This document shows, in pieces, positions 50,809 through 60,253 of a DNA stretch of 64,000 bases. The number at the start of each line of letters is the position of its first letter. The first letter of the stretch is position 1. The translations under genes were made by a program, and so were the position numbers. The stretch lies in assembly GCA_043800725.1 (NCBI GenBank), contig JAZDMR010000011.1:21369-85368 (forward strand). The letters run 5' to 3'. The notes beneath the pieces were generated by a model. The model did not search any database. It was not told the DNA's origin and saw nothing but the letters and a program-made list of their open reading frames with translations. Origin of the DNA: a bacterium (GTDB lineage Bacteria > Patescibacteriota > Patescibacteriia > HK-STAS-PATE-3).

Positions 50809-51309
50809 ATGCACATAAAAAACATGACGGAAATTCAGGATTTATGGAGAAAAATCCCGCCAGATGGGCATTCGCTGATATTTTTGCGGACGCCATTAAT
50901 GACCGATGACCAAGCACTTCAACCAGATGATTTTGAAAGAATGAGGCTATATCTAAATGCTTGTTGTCAGCTGGTCTCAAACTTGGTGCGGACTGGACGT
51001 TTATCCATCATGGTATATCCACTCAGTGCTAAGCACTGCCAGATTGCCAGCATGTTCGCGATGAATAGGATTCCGGTCCTATCCCCGGCTCTACCTGGAT
51101 ACAATGAGACGCAAACCGAGCTTCGCCTCAAACAGGCCTTGGCAGTCGAGGGAGAACCTCGAGTCATACTTTTCTGTGGCGCTCTGCCAATACCAGGAGA
51201 TGTGGTTCAGGTAGACGCAACATTTGAGCAAGACCTGGCTACTGTTCTGTGTGTAGCCGAGGAAGGTAAGTATCGAAAGACTTCCGTTGTCGTTCCTCAG
51301 TTCGCTTAA
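50809..51309 (+). CDS. Hypothetical protein, stand-alone cassette
   Basis: TTGACA(50738)-17-TAAAGT; SD AGGAGG; AACGCCTCTGA/TCAGAGGCGTT hairpin after the stop. Confidence 0.7.
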   Translation: MHIKNMTEIQDLWRKIPPDGHSLIFLRTPLMTDDQALQPDDFERMRLYLNACCQLVSNLVRTGRLSIMVYPLSAKHCQIASMFAMNRIPVLSPALPGYNETQTELRLKQALAVEGEPRVILFCGALPIPGDVVQVDATFEQDLATVLCVAEEGKYRKTSVVVPQFA

Positions 51310-51360
51310 AAAAACGCCTCTGATTAATTTCAGAGGCGTTCCTATTTTATATAGCAAATA

Positions 51361-52770
51361 TTACTGTTTTAAATACTGAGCCCGAATATGCTTTTGTACT
51401 TGTCTATCCAAGCTTTTTAATCTGGCGCTGTATTCAACCTTGTAAGGAAAGGTTTTATCTATTCGTAAATATTTGGGCGGTAGTTTTTTAATTTGCTCAA
51501 AGACTAGTTTACGTATTGATTGTACTGAAGGCAGTTTCTTGATTATTTTACCCTGCTTCATGTAGCGCTGGAGCAAGGGGTTTTTGAAATTTTCGGTTTC
51601 CAGGCCGATAATATCTTTTAGGTATTTGCCCTTTTTAATAATGCGAAAGACTTGCTTTTTTCCGGGCCAGCTTTTTTTGCCGCTGGATAACTTGGCCGTG
51701 TATTGCACTCCTGATTGAGTGTCCACTTGGACCAGCTTGTAAACAGCCTCAAGTTTTGGATCATCCGCAGAAGTGACCGCTTCCGTATTAACTATAAACG
51801 TATCAGCTGGAACTTTGGCTTTTACTAATTTATCTATCTTATATTCGTCCAGGTTGCTGGATAGAGTGATTGTGACATTTTTTAAACCAGCTTTATCCAG
51901 CTCTTTACGCACATAACGACACTGTTTAGCTAAGTCACCGCTATCAATCACAACCTTGGTTCTTAGTCCTCGTTTATTTCGTTCTTGACAAACCGGGATG
52001 GCATTTATTAAACCTTGCTTCAGGTCGTAGGTGTCGATCATAAGTGATAAAGCAAACTTGGCAAACTTACCAGCTGTTTCCATGGCTTCGCGTTCGGATG
52101 GATAAGAGGCGATAAAGGCATGATAGGCAATAGTAGCTGGATAGATCCAGCCTGCCTTTGTTTTATCTCTACCGATTGGAGTGGGATGATTATCACTGCC
52201 GGTGATTACGCCAGATCGCATAGCCTTGAAGCCTGTTTCAAAACCCGGGGCCCTTTGCGGTGCAGGTCCGACAACGCTGACTTTACCACCAGCTAAGACA
52301 GAGCGGATAAATTTAGTTGCGTAGGTTGTGTTAGAGCTTAGCGAGGTCATCAAAAAGGCTGAAAACAAATTTGCATCAATTAACGGAGCGGTTATCCTGA
52401 CAACTGTTTCACCTGGGAAGAAAAGCGTTCCCTCTGGCATGGCCCAAACATCACCCTTGAAGCGGAAGCTTTTTAAATATTTACCAAAACTAGGACTGAT
52501 TAGTTGTTCTTTTAGCAATATGCGAATGATTGAATCCGAATAGCGCCACTCATTAATTCCCAAGAGCATTTCCTCTAATCCAGTAAAAACCATGAAGTTT
52601 CTGTTTTTTGGCATGTCACGTACCACCAGATCAAATGTGCCTATTGATTCACGCATAGGACTGTCATACCATAGAGAGCTGACCATATAGATCTGGTCAA
52701 GGTCATTGACTGGTAAATCAGCCTGAGTGAAATGTTTATCAGAGTATTTAATATTAGATGAACTTGCCAT
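51361..52770 (-). CDS. Nicotinate phosphoribosyltransferase-like protein (divergent PncB)
   Basis: AMPEGT, IDTYD, IDSGDL, SSNLDE, VYKLV, WPGKKQVFR. Confidence 0.85.
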   Translation of the reverse strand: MASSSNIKYSDKHFTQADLPVNDLDQIYMVSSLWYDSPMRESIGTFDLVVRDMPKNRNFMVFTGLEEMLLGINEWRYSDSIIRILLKEQLISPSFGKYLKSFRFKGDVWAMPEGTLFFPGETVVRITAPLIDANLFSAFLMTSLSSNTTYATKFIRSVLAGGKVSVVGPAPQRAPGFETGFKAMRSGVITGSDNHPTPIGRDKTKAGWIYPATIAYHAFIASYPSEREAMETAGKFAKFALSLMIDTYDLKQGLINAIPVCQERNKRGLRTKVVIDSGDLAKQCRYVRKELDKAGLKNVTITLSSNLDEYKIDKLVKAKVPADTFIVNTEAVTSADDPKLEAVYKLVQVDTQSGVQYTAKLSSGKKSWPGKKQVFRIIKKGKYLKDIIGLETENFKNPLLQRYMKQGKIIKKLPSVQSIRKLVFEQIKKLPPKYLRIDKTFPYKVEYSARLKSLDRQVQKHIRAQYLKQ

Positions 52771-53461
52771 TTTGTTTTTTTATTAGCTGGTGGAATTTAT
52801 CCCATTTGCTAGGATCCTCATCCCATTCCCGCAGATGAGTGATATTATCTTTCACTATGTCGCACAATTCTTTGGAAATATGGCCGGCCTCTTGCATAGC
52901 CTTGAACCAGCCAAGCCAGGTTAAAAAATAATGGATTGGAATATTTGAATCCTCAATTGATTTTCTTCCTCTATCAATATTGGATTGCTGCACTTCCTTA
53001 GCGTCTGTTATGACGACAATTGCATTGACCTTGCCCCGCACTTCTTCAAGAAAATCAATAGCCTTTCGCTTGCTATTGCCAGCAGACATACCATCATCAA
53101 TAATCACATAGGTCCAGCCCGGCTGAGTATGGCCCTCGACGCTAAAGCGCGCACCAGTCTTTTTTTCTTTGCGAGTAACCACCAGAGGCTTGTTCAGCTG
53201 CTGCGAAATGAAAGTGGCCCAAGGGATGCCAGATGTCTCGATGCCGGCTACTGCATCAGGATTTATTTCCCGAACTACCTGGCCCATTTCATTGGCAATT
53301 ACTCGTAGCGAATCAGGGAAGGAAAACAACCGACGCAAAGAAAGATGAGCTGGTACTTTCATTTTTACAGAGTTAGCTTCGACCGGCCCCATGATTAAGC
53401 ACTCGGGCCGGCAAATGGCTCGGACAAATTCTGGGCTGGGCTGGTGGTGGATTGGTTTCAT
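52754..53461 (-). CDS. Orotate-PRTase-like phosphoribosyltransferase
   Basis: AGIETSGIP, TRKE, PRPP loop IIDDGMSAGNSK. Confidence 0.85.
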   Translation of the reverse strand: MKPIHHQPSPEFVRAICRPECLIMGPVEANSVKMKVPAHLSLRRLFSFPDSLRVIANEMGQVVREINPDAVAGIETSGIPWATFISQQLNKPLVVTRKEKKTGARFSVEGHTQPGWTYVIIDDGMSAGNSKRKAIDFLEEVRGKVNAIVVITDAKEVQQSNIDRGRKSIEDSNIPIHYFLTWLGWFKAMQEAGHISKELCDIVKDNITHLREWDEDPSKWDKFHQLIKKQNGKFI

Positions 53462-54165
53462 AGCTTACCGGTTTTTTGGTAGTGTTTTTTAACCTTTTGA
53501 TAAAGTTTCCAGTTGTCAGGATTATCTTGCCAATGATCGCGGTCTGCACCATAAGCCTGTTCAAGCTTATAAGTATTGTCATTAAAAAAGCCCACTTGGT
53601 GCAGATATTTATCTCGATCTTTTTTCATGAACATTTCATAAACTCTGATTTTACGTTTTTTTATCCAGGCAGGATAGTCTCCATTGTTGTCACCCAGAAT
53701 TACGATGATGTCTTTGATAACTAGTTTATTCTTGGCATTCATGATAAATAATTCTTTTGAGCTACCAGTAGCAATTACATCGTCAACCAAAACAGCGCGG
53801 TCACCTTTTTGATAATCTCCTTCTACTAAAACATTTGTAGAGTATCCCTTGGCTTTTTTGCGAATATACACCCAAGGCAGATTTAATTCCAAAGCAGTAA
53901 CGGCTGCCAAACTAATGCCTCCTGATTCGCCGCCGGCAATCACTTTTATCTTGGGTCTGATCTTTTTGATAACTTTAGCGTATTCTTGGGCAACCACTTT
54001 TAGTATTTTTGGATCCGACAGACAGAGTTTGGGGTTTGCATAAACAGGAATAAGACGACCGACCTGGATTTTCACACCAAAATCGTAATATTTGTAATTC
54101 AGCATAGCCTTGGCAACTCGGAGGTTCATAGGCAATTTTTCAGTTAATATAGTGAATATTAGCAT
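53458..54165 (-). CDS. Orotate-PRTase-like phosphoribosyltransferase
   Basis: AGGESGGI, YIRKKAKGY, PRPP loop LVDDVIATGSSK. Confidence 0.87.
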   Translation of the reverse strand: MLIFTILTEKLPMNLRVAKAMLNYKYYDFGVKIQVGRLIPVYANPKLCLSDPKILKVVAQEYAKVIKKIRPKIKVIAGGESGGISLAAVTALELNLPWVYIRKKAKGYSTNVLVEGDYQKGDRAVLVDDVIATGSSKELFIMNAKNKLVIKDIIVILGDNNGDYPAWIKKRKIRVYEMFMKKDRDKYLHQVGFFNDNTYKLEQAYGADRDHWQDNPDNWKLYQKVKKHYQKTGKL

Positions 54166-54316
54166 ATATAAGGGGCTGGAACATAATAGGGCATACCTAG
54201 TCGAATGGAACAGGCTTTAAGGTTTTAACCCCATAATTAAAGGGGGAATCGAATATTTCAGGTGAGGAAAATTCATAGCAAAATTCACTCACGTATCCAG
54301 GTAGATATTTAAAAGG

Positions 54317-54345
54317 TTGACAAAATATACGATTTGATGTATAAT
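54317..54345 (+). promoter_or_regulatory. Perfect consensus sigma70 promoter
   Basis: TTGACA-17 bp-TATAAT. Confidence 0.85.
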
Positions 54346-54440
54346 TATGCGTTATTTGGTGAAAGTGTGTTTACACGCCTAGCACCGAGAACAACTCGCA
54401 AATTGAAAACAAGGGACTTCAATCATAAGGAGAGTATCTG

Positions 54441-55040
54441 ATGAGTATCAGGGGAAAGTACCAGGATCGCAATATTGCCATCCAAGGTGATCGTGATCCG
54501 TCCGAGGCTGTTGGAAGTCTGGCCGTTTTACTGGGCCAGAAGCTTCATCGCGCAGGGTTCGGTGCGATCGTGGGTGATGCGGGCGGCTTAGTCAAACTGA
54601 TCGAGCAGTCTGGTATCCCTACGGTCCGGCACGCTTTCAAGGGCGAGCCGATCGTCAGTTCTGAGCCTGGTCGCGCGCCTATGGTCAGTTGCGTTGCGGC
54701 TGGCCTGGAAGCTGCCAACAGCTTCGGCCTGGGTGATGATGCGGGAATCGTCCGCTTCAACGCCCATGGCATTCGCATGAGCATCATGCGTAGCATGAGC
54801 TGCGGCGCGGTGTTTTTCGCAGGTAGCGAAGGCACTAAGTACCAGCTTCTGCATTTCTTGGTCCGCAACCTCAAAGGCAAGGGTCAGCCCATTCCGATCG
54901 CGCTGATCGGTTGGATGCCGGCCGAGGTTAGCGGGTTACTGCAGTTTCTCTGCATGACCCAACCATCCTGGCTTCAGTGTTTCGAAGCCAACGAGGCTGG
55001 TGTCGACGCTGCAGTCAAGTTCCTTCAGGGCGAAAAATAA
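54441..55040 (+). CDS. Divergent LOG/SLOG-fold protein, GC-rich stand-alone cassette
   Basis: IAIQG..LGQKL..GD.GG, R..IM, FAGSEGT (compare PGGxGT), PIALIG; terminator CCCCCGGG..CTCGGGGG followed by a T-run. Confidence 0.6.
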   Translation: MSIRGKYQDRNIAIQGDRDPSEAVGSLAVLLGQKLHRAGFGAIVGDAGGLVKLIEQSGIPTVRHAFKGEPIVSSEPGRAPMVSCVAAGLEAANSFGLGDDAGIVRFNAHGIRMSIMRSMSCGAVFFAGSEGTKYQLLHFLVRNLKGKGQPIPIALIGWMPAEVSGLLQFLCMTQPSWLQCFEANEAGVDAAVKFLQGEK

Positions 55041-55117
55041 TTCGCTCACAAACGTTCATTCCCCCGGGTTTGCTATATGCAGACTCGGGGGTTTTTATAA
55101 CTATTTTATCTAACATC

Positions 55118-55350
55118 GCACCGTGCTCGTATCTCTGAGCAACGCGAAGAGTCTCTGTTTAGCACCTTGCCAGTTGGAGATCCTTCGCTACGCTCAGGAA
55201 TACGGTACTGGACAGGTATTTCGACATGTCATTTTGATTTAAAAATAGGGATCCCCGTCTTCGCGATATTAAACTAGATCAGCAGGCTCCTCCCGCTTCC
55301 AACAAAAGAGACATCAGTAGCGGGATCCCGCTCTATGCGGGGACATGCCT
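55118..55350. repeat. Cluster of REP/MITE-like palindromes
   Basis: CTGAGC..GCGAAG/CTTCGC..GCTCAG; GCGGGATCCCGC at ~55320. Confidence 0.7.
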
Positions 55351-55420
55351 GGTGATGTTAACCGTAATCCAGACTAGGCATGGAAGCCTAGTCTATCTGG
55401 AATTAAAAACGAGTCAACCA

Positions 55421-56446
55421 TTAATTGTTTGTAAATAGGTCTATACCAGTTTGCCTAATCCGCTTTTCCCAGGCGGGCCACTTTTTAAAGTATGAACCAG
55501 CCGGGTTGTCTACTCTAGAAATCAAGTAAATTCCCATCCATTTATAAGCCCGTAGCCACAAAGCAGTTAGTTCGCTATCTGAAATATACTTTGACATAGT
55601 TGACTGATATTTATCAGTAAACTGCTCAAGAAACTTATGACTATCTAGTTGCAGTTTTTTTGAATTATGCAAAGACATCCAGATCCAATGAGAAAGAAGG
55701 AAGCCCAAGTCATAGGCCGGGTCGCCCATCCGGGCCATGTCAAAGTCTATTAAACTGACCCGGCCCTTGGGATGAACAAAAATATTACGAAAAACAGCAT
55801 CACCCCAAATTATACTGGTAGAGTGTTTTTGGCTTGTTTTAATAAATAAGCTAACTGACTTTGGCGAAGCGTGCTTTTTCATGCCGCCAGCAAGATGACT
55901 GTTGACAAAATCTTTTAATACTATTGTGAATCCAGGATTAAGCTTAACTTTATTTTTTGATTTCCAGGTTCGGCCATGCATGGTGGCCAAGTATTTAGCT
56001 AGCATAGTAGCAATCTCGGGATGAACTCGATTCTCAGTAAATTCACTGGCCAATAATTTACTTGAACCAACATCACTAAGCACGCTAACAAAATTGGCCC
56101 TATCAAAGTACAAGACTTTGGCAATAACATTCCTTGGTAACAAGGAAGAAAATATTTTCGTAACCTGTACTTCGGTAGTCATCCTCACAGGAGTCATATA
56201 AATTGGCTTACCCCTGGCCACGCTGCGCTTATTATATTTTTGGGCTTGTTTTAAAAAGATTAATTTTTGTCCCTGGGACGTTGTTAGTCTAAGTTTGAAA
56301 ATGTAATTTACATTTGAAAAACTGATTATTTCGGTGGCATTAATCAGGCGTATTTTATTCCAGGGTAAGTGCTTAATTACTCGTACGTTAAAATAATCAG
56401 TAACGTTTTTAATGGTCAGATCAATATTTGGCAGATACTTGGACAT
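55421..56446 (-). CDS. MtnK/APH-like sugar or small-molecule kinase
   Basis: SNVNYIFK, LKQAQKY, WGDAVFRN (HGD variant), LIDFD..GDPAYDLG. Confidence 0.75.
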   Translation of the reverse strand: MSKYLPNIDLTIKNVTDYFNVRVIKHLPWNKIRLINATEIISFSNVNYIFKLRLTTSQGQKLIFLKQAQKYNKRSVARGKPIYMTPVRMTTEVQVTKIFSSLLPRNVIAKVLYFDRANFVSVLSDVGSSKLLASEFTENRVHPEIATMLAKYLATMHGRTWKSKNKVKLNPGFTIVLKDFVNSHLAGGMKKHASPKSVSLFIKTSQKHSTSIIWGDAVFRNIFVHPKGRVSLIDFDMARMGDPAYDLGFLLSHWIWMSLHNSKKLQLDSHKFLEQFTDKYQSTMSKYISDSELTALWLRAYKWMGIYLISRVDNPAGSYFKKWPAWEKRIRQTGIDLFTNN

Positions 56447-56542
56447 AAGCTAAGTATAGCAGATTTAAGTCAGAAGTATTGACAATTATCGCTTTTTGAA
56501 GTATTTTATTATTTACTTGCGGTAGTTTGAGATTAGGAGAAA

Positions 56543-56788
56543 GTGACGGAGGAGACAGCAATGAGCAGATTGTTCCGTATGGAACGAGGCAGTCGGGTTT
56601 TCGTTTCAGATCCCCCCAAAGAAGCTGGACTTTTTCTCACACCTGGTGACCAGGGTTGCCAGGTGAAGAACCTGGGAACGCAAGCCGTCAAAATTGAGGG
56701 AGGGGACGCAATAGCGTCCACGGAAGTAAGGACGATCCCCACCGAAACGAAGATGTGGGTTGGGGAAAGGCAATTCGTCCTCCAGTAG
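56543..56788 (+). CDS. Small hypothetical protein, stand-alone cassette
   Basis: TTGACA(56479)-17-TATTTT; SD AGGAG; GAGGGC/GCCCTC hairpin with T-run. Confidence 0.6.
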   Translation: MTEETAMSRLFRMERGSRVFVSDPPKEAGLFLTPGDQGCQVKNLGTQAVKIEGGDAIASTEVRTIPTETKMWVGERQFVLQ

Positions 56789-56912
56789 CAACCAGGCATG
56801 TTCATAACCGCAAGTATTTAGAGGGCCCTGACTTTTTATGTCGAGCCCTCTTTTCTTTTTTGAAGAGTTTTGCTAATGTATTAATAACAAATCTTGGTGG
56901 CGCCAGAAAATC

Positions 56913-58367
56913 GTGCCGAAATCCAAGGTTTTTTTAATAGTATTGGTATCAGTATTATTGGGCGTGGCCGGACAGCGCTGGCTTGGTTTAGAATACTGGC
57001 ATTGTTTATTGGTGATTGGAGCTGGTATTGTCATTCTCTTGGCAGAAAAAAGAGTGCTGGTTGTGGGTCTAGCACTAGCTGGTTTTGGCGTGGGCTTGCT
57101 TCGAGTAGCTATTGATCCGCCGTTACAAATAATTCCAGAAGGCAAAGGCGAGTTTGTGGGACGCGTTGTCCAGCCACCTGACATTCGGCGCGACCATATC
57201 AAATACACAATTCAAATAACAAATAACAAATCACAAAATACAAAAAATATTATTGAAGCTAGGGTTTTAGTTAAATCAAGTTTATACCCTGTCTATGACT
57301 TGGGCGATGTAATATCTTTTAATTGCTTTATCAGGCACCCAGGAGATATCGAGGGTTTTGCTTATGATAAGTATTTGGCTTTGAATGGCATAACCGCGAG
57401 TTGCTCCAGCTATTATCTGACCCTTGAGAAGTCAGGCAGCTGGTCCTGGGCGGGGATGCTTTTTCAGGGCAGGCAGTGGGTGAATGATCAGTTGAACAAA
57501 GTGTTACCTGAGCCTGAATCGTCGTTCACGTCAGGCTTATTAATAGGTGCCAGGCGCGGGCTTCCAGAATGGCTGATGGAGTCTTTTAATCGTACCGGCA
57601 CGACGCACTTGATCGCCTTGTCTGGTTTTAACATCACCATCATCACCAATATTATTATGCTGGTAGCTATTCAAGTGATTGGCAGGAAACGGGCTTTTTG
57701 GCTGGTGCTTGTTGCCGTATCTTTGTTTGTGATGTTTGTCGGCGGACAAGCTTCGATTGTCAGAGCCGGCATCATGGGCATGATCGCGTCTTTGGGTTTA
57801 CATATTGGTAGGCCCAGTCGAGGCTTAAACGCCTTGATTTTAAGCGGTGTTTTAATGGTTATAGCCAGCCCCAGGATTTTGTTGGATGATGTGGGATTCC
57901 AATTGTCATTTGCCGCTACCTTAGGATTGATTTCTTTATCCGGGCATGCAGAAAGTTTGTTTAGCTTTGTGCCGGAAAAGCTTGAGCTTAGGCAAACTCT
58001 ATCGGCCACGACGGCGGCCACTGTTTTTACTTTACCGATTATCTTAAGCACCTTTGGCAGGATTTCCCTGGTCAGCTTGCCCGTGAATTTATTGGTCCTG
58101 CCATTTATTCCCATTGCTATGGCTTTGGGCGTGTTAGGGGTGGTTGGCAGCTTATTCGGGGCCTCGGTTGGAATAGTGTTTGCCTTGCCTGCTTGGCTGG
58201 TATTAAGGCTGATTATAATGGTGGTGCAGTTTTTCAGCGTGCCGGATTGGGCGTTAATCAATTTTGGTAATGGTGTCGGATACTGGTCAATGGTTTTGTA
58301 TGTACCGATTTTCTTTTTTGTTGTTTGGTTAAACAAGCGATCAAGATTAATTTCCAAACCATTATGA
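56913..58367 (+). CDS. comEC: ComEC/Rec2 competence protein (OB and membrane domains)
   Basis: GTTHLIALSGFN, ASIVRAGIM, GFQLSF, LPVNL. Confidence 0.95.
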   Translation: MPKSKVFLIVLVSVLLGVAGQRWLGLEYWHCLLVIGAGIVILLAEKRVLVVGLALAGFGVGLLRVAIDPPLQIIPEGKGEFVGRVVQPPDIRRDHIKYTIQITNNKSQNTKNIIEARVLVKSSLYPVYDLGDVISFNCFIRHPGDIEGFAYDKYLALNGITASCSSYYLTLEKSGSWSWAGMLFQGRQWVNDQLNKVLPEPESSFTSGLLIGARRGLPEWLMESFNRTGTTHLIALSGFNITIITNIIMLVAIQVIGRKRAFWLVLVAVSLFVMFVGGQASIVRAGIMGMIASLGLHIGRPSRGLNALILSGVLMVIASPRILLDDVGFQLSFAATLGLISLSGHAESLFSFVPEKLELRQTLSATTAATVFTLPIILSTFGRISLVSLPVNLLVLPFIPIAMALGVLGVVGSLFGASVGIVFALPAWLVLRLIIMVVQFFSVPDWALINFGNGVGYWSMVLYVPIFFFVVWLNKRSRLISKPL

Positions 58368-59197
58368 AGTTGATTAAAATGTTCATGGCTGTTGTTTTAT
58401 TGGGAGCCGGGTTTTGGTTTTCCAGTACGTTTAGAACAATTGACAAGGTGCAGGTGACAACACTGGACGTGGGTCAAGGAGATGCAATTTTAATCAAGGC
58501 GCCGAACAATTTTGAAGTACTGATTGACAGCGGGCCGGACAATAAAGTAGTCGAGAAAGTCGGGGAGTATTTACCTTTTTTTGATCGTGAAATAGAGCTG
58601 GCAATATTGACTCATCCGGACGCCGACCATGTAAATGGTTTTGCTCAGCTTGGTAGTCGTTATCGCTTGAAAAATGTGGTTATTACAGGAGTGGCTCATT
58701 CCTTGCCTTCTTATATCGAATTTCTCAAGGTGATCAAAGAACAAGGAAGTCAAGTTTTTTATAATAACCCCGGACAGAAATTCGAGATTCCCGGAGGTGT
58801 TTTAACAATCCTGGCGCCGGAAGGAAATTATCTTGACAAAGAGGTTGACGACCAAAATGCCACGTCAATAGTGGCCAGACTAGACGTTGGAAGCAACTCG
58901 TTTCTTTTTACGGGAGACGCTGATATTGGCGAAGAAAAATGGCTGATTAATTCAGGACAAAATATTCAAGTAAATGTATTAAAAGTAGGGCATCATGGCT
59001 CCAAAAGCTCGACAAGCCCAGAGTTTGTCAAGGCAGTTAATCCGGATATTGGCTTGATTTCAGCAGGGCAAGATAATAAGTTTGGTCACCCTCACCAAGA
59101 GTTACTGGGTAGATTGGATAAGGCACTAATTCTCTCAACCGCTATTGACGGAGACATTTGTATTGAGGTGGACGAGGAAGGGCTGGGGAGGTGTTGA
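58364..59197 (+). CDS. ComEC-type metallo-beta-lactamase domain protein (split from comEC)
   Basis: LDVGQGDA, THPDADH, FTGD, KVGHHGS, GHPH; ATGA overlap with comEC. Confidence 0.93.
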   Translation: MKLIKMFMAVVLLGAGFWFSSTFRTIDKVQVTTLDVGQGDAILIKAPNNFEVLIDSGPDNKVVEKVGEYLPFFDREIELAILTHPDADHVNGFAQLGSRYRLKNVVITGVAHSLPSYIEFLKVIKEQGSQVFYNNPGQKFEIPGGVLTILAPEGNYLDKEVDDQNATSIVARLDVGSNSFLFTGDADIGEEKWLINSGQNIQVNVLKVGHHGSKSSTSPEFVKAVNPDIGLISAGQDNKFGHPHQELLGRLDKALILSTAIDGDICIEVDEEGLGRC

Positions 59198-59288
59198 ACA
59201 GCCCCTACCACCCCCGGCCCCTCCTTTGAAAGGAGGGGAGGAGAATGCGAATGTTAGCCAAAATGGCTAAGAAAAGCGATTATTGGTC

Positions 59289-59317
59289 TTGACAGCCTTT
59301 AAATACTATGTTATTAT
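59289..59317 (+). promoter_or_regulatory. sigma70 promoter upstream of the structured leader and ORF array
   Basis: TTGACA-17-TATTAT with extended -10 TG. Confidence 0.75.
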
Positions 59318-59692
59318 GTGCTGTTACGCTAATAAAGTGCGAACCTTACAAACCATTGAGGAGAGAGCATTTACCACGGAAACCAAAGCCAGGTGTGGTA
59401 AATGTAGTTGGCTAATTTTTATTTAAGGTAGTGTTTTACTGCCTGCTCTCTGTTTTCATGAATTCTCGTGAATACCTCAAACATATAGAGCAGACAATAA
59501 CTCACTACCTTTTTATTTTCCGTAAAAATATGTAATGGAAAATAAATCTACGAAGCTTAAGCGAAGGAGGTTGTTTCCTTAAAAATCGGATTGAGATTAT
59601 CGATGGCCACAGCAATTAATTTTTAATGGGCCACTCATCACTCGATCCGACTTTTAGGGAAACAAGCCAGTCCTGAATTTAATTCAGGGACG

Positions 59693-59829
59693 GTACTGAC
59701 ATGGAGGGGGGAATCAAGCTGGCGGATATGATTGTCCAGGGTTGCGAACTCAGAGTTTTCATAAGAAGCCAATGGAGCAAGTGAACTTCGGTTCAAAACT
59801 TGCTCACCATCTCACCTCCATATCAGTGC
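59693..59829 (+). ncRNA. Candidate ~140-nt structured RNA, copy 1
   Basis: Closing stem GTACTGAC-ATGGAGG/CCTCCAT-ATCAGTGC; C(UUCG)G hairpin; duplicated at 60085. Confidence 0.6.
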
Positions 59830-60084
59830 TGAAACAAGAAAGGCTCAGACTTGAGGTATCCCACGGCGTCAGACTTTTGCCGGACGTTGTGGAAATAATT
59901 GATACCTCAAATCTGAACCGTTCTTCAAAACAACCCACCCCCAATCCTCACATGAAAGGCTCAAGCAAGATCATAGATCAAACTTGGGCCTCCTTCCCAA
60001 GCGCGACAGCATTGTTGCTCTTAGGAAGGAAGCTCGTTATACCTCGACCGAAATAAAATATCGGGTTACGCGAAAGATTCCTCT

Positions 60085-60253
60085 GTACTAATATGGAGGG
60101 GGTCCCCCTACGCCAAGGCTTCGGGGGACTAAGGAGAGTTAAGTTGGTGGATATGATTATTTCGGGTGCAAACTTGAAATTTTCATAAGAAGCCAGCGGA
60201 GCAAGTGAACTTCGGTTCAAAATTTGCTCACCATCTCACCTCCAGATTAGTGC
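60085..60253 (+). ncRNA. Candidate structured RNA, copy 2 (with REP-like insert ~60102-60133)
   Basis: Closing stem GTACTAAT/ATTAGTGC; GCAA and UUCG tetraloops. Confidence 0.6.

Noticed and set aside
57671-58357. Long antisense ORFs (57671..58357, 44897..45583, 12552..13115, 39419..39808 and similar)
   Set aside because: Shadows of well-supported genes on the opposite strand, with no recognisable motifs.
59742-60220. ORFs 59742..60056(+) and 59978..60220(-)
   Set aside because: Non-ATG starts without SD, lying across the duplicated structured element; better explained as non-coding.
59693-60253. DGR template/variable repeat pair or retron msr-msd
   Set aside because: Differences between copies are not adenine-specific, neither copy lies in a credible CDS, and no reverse transcriptase is in the window.
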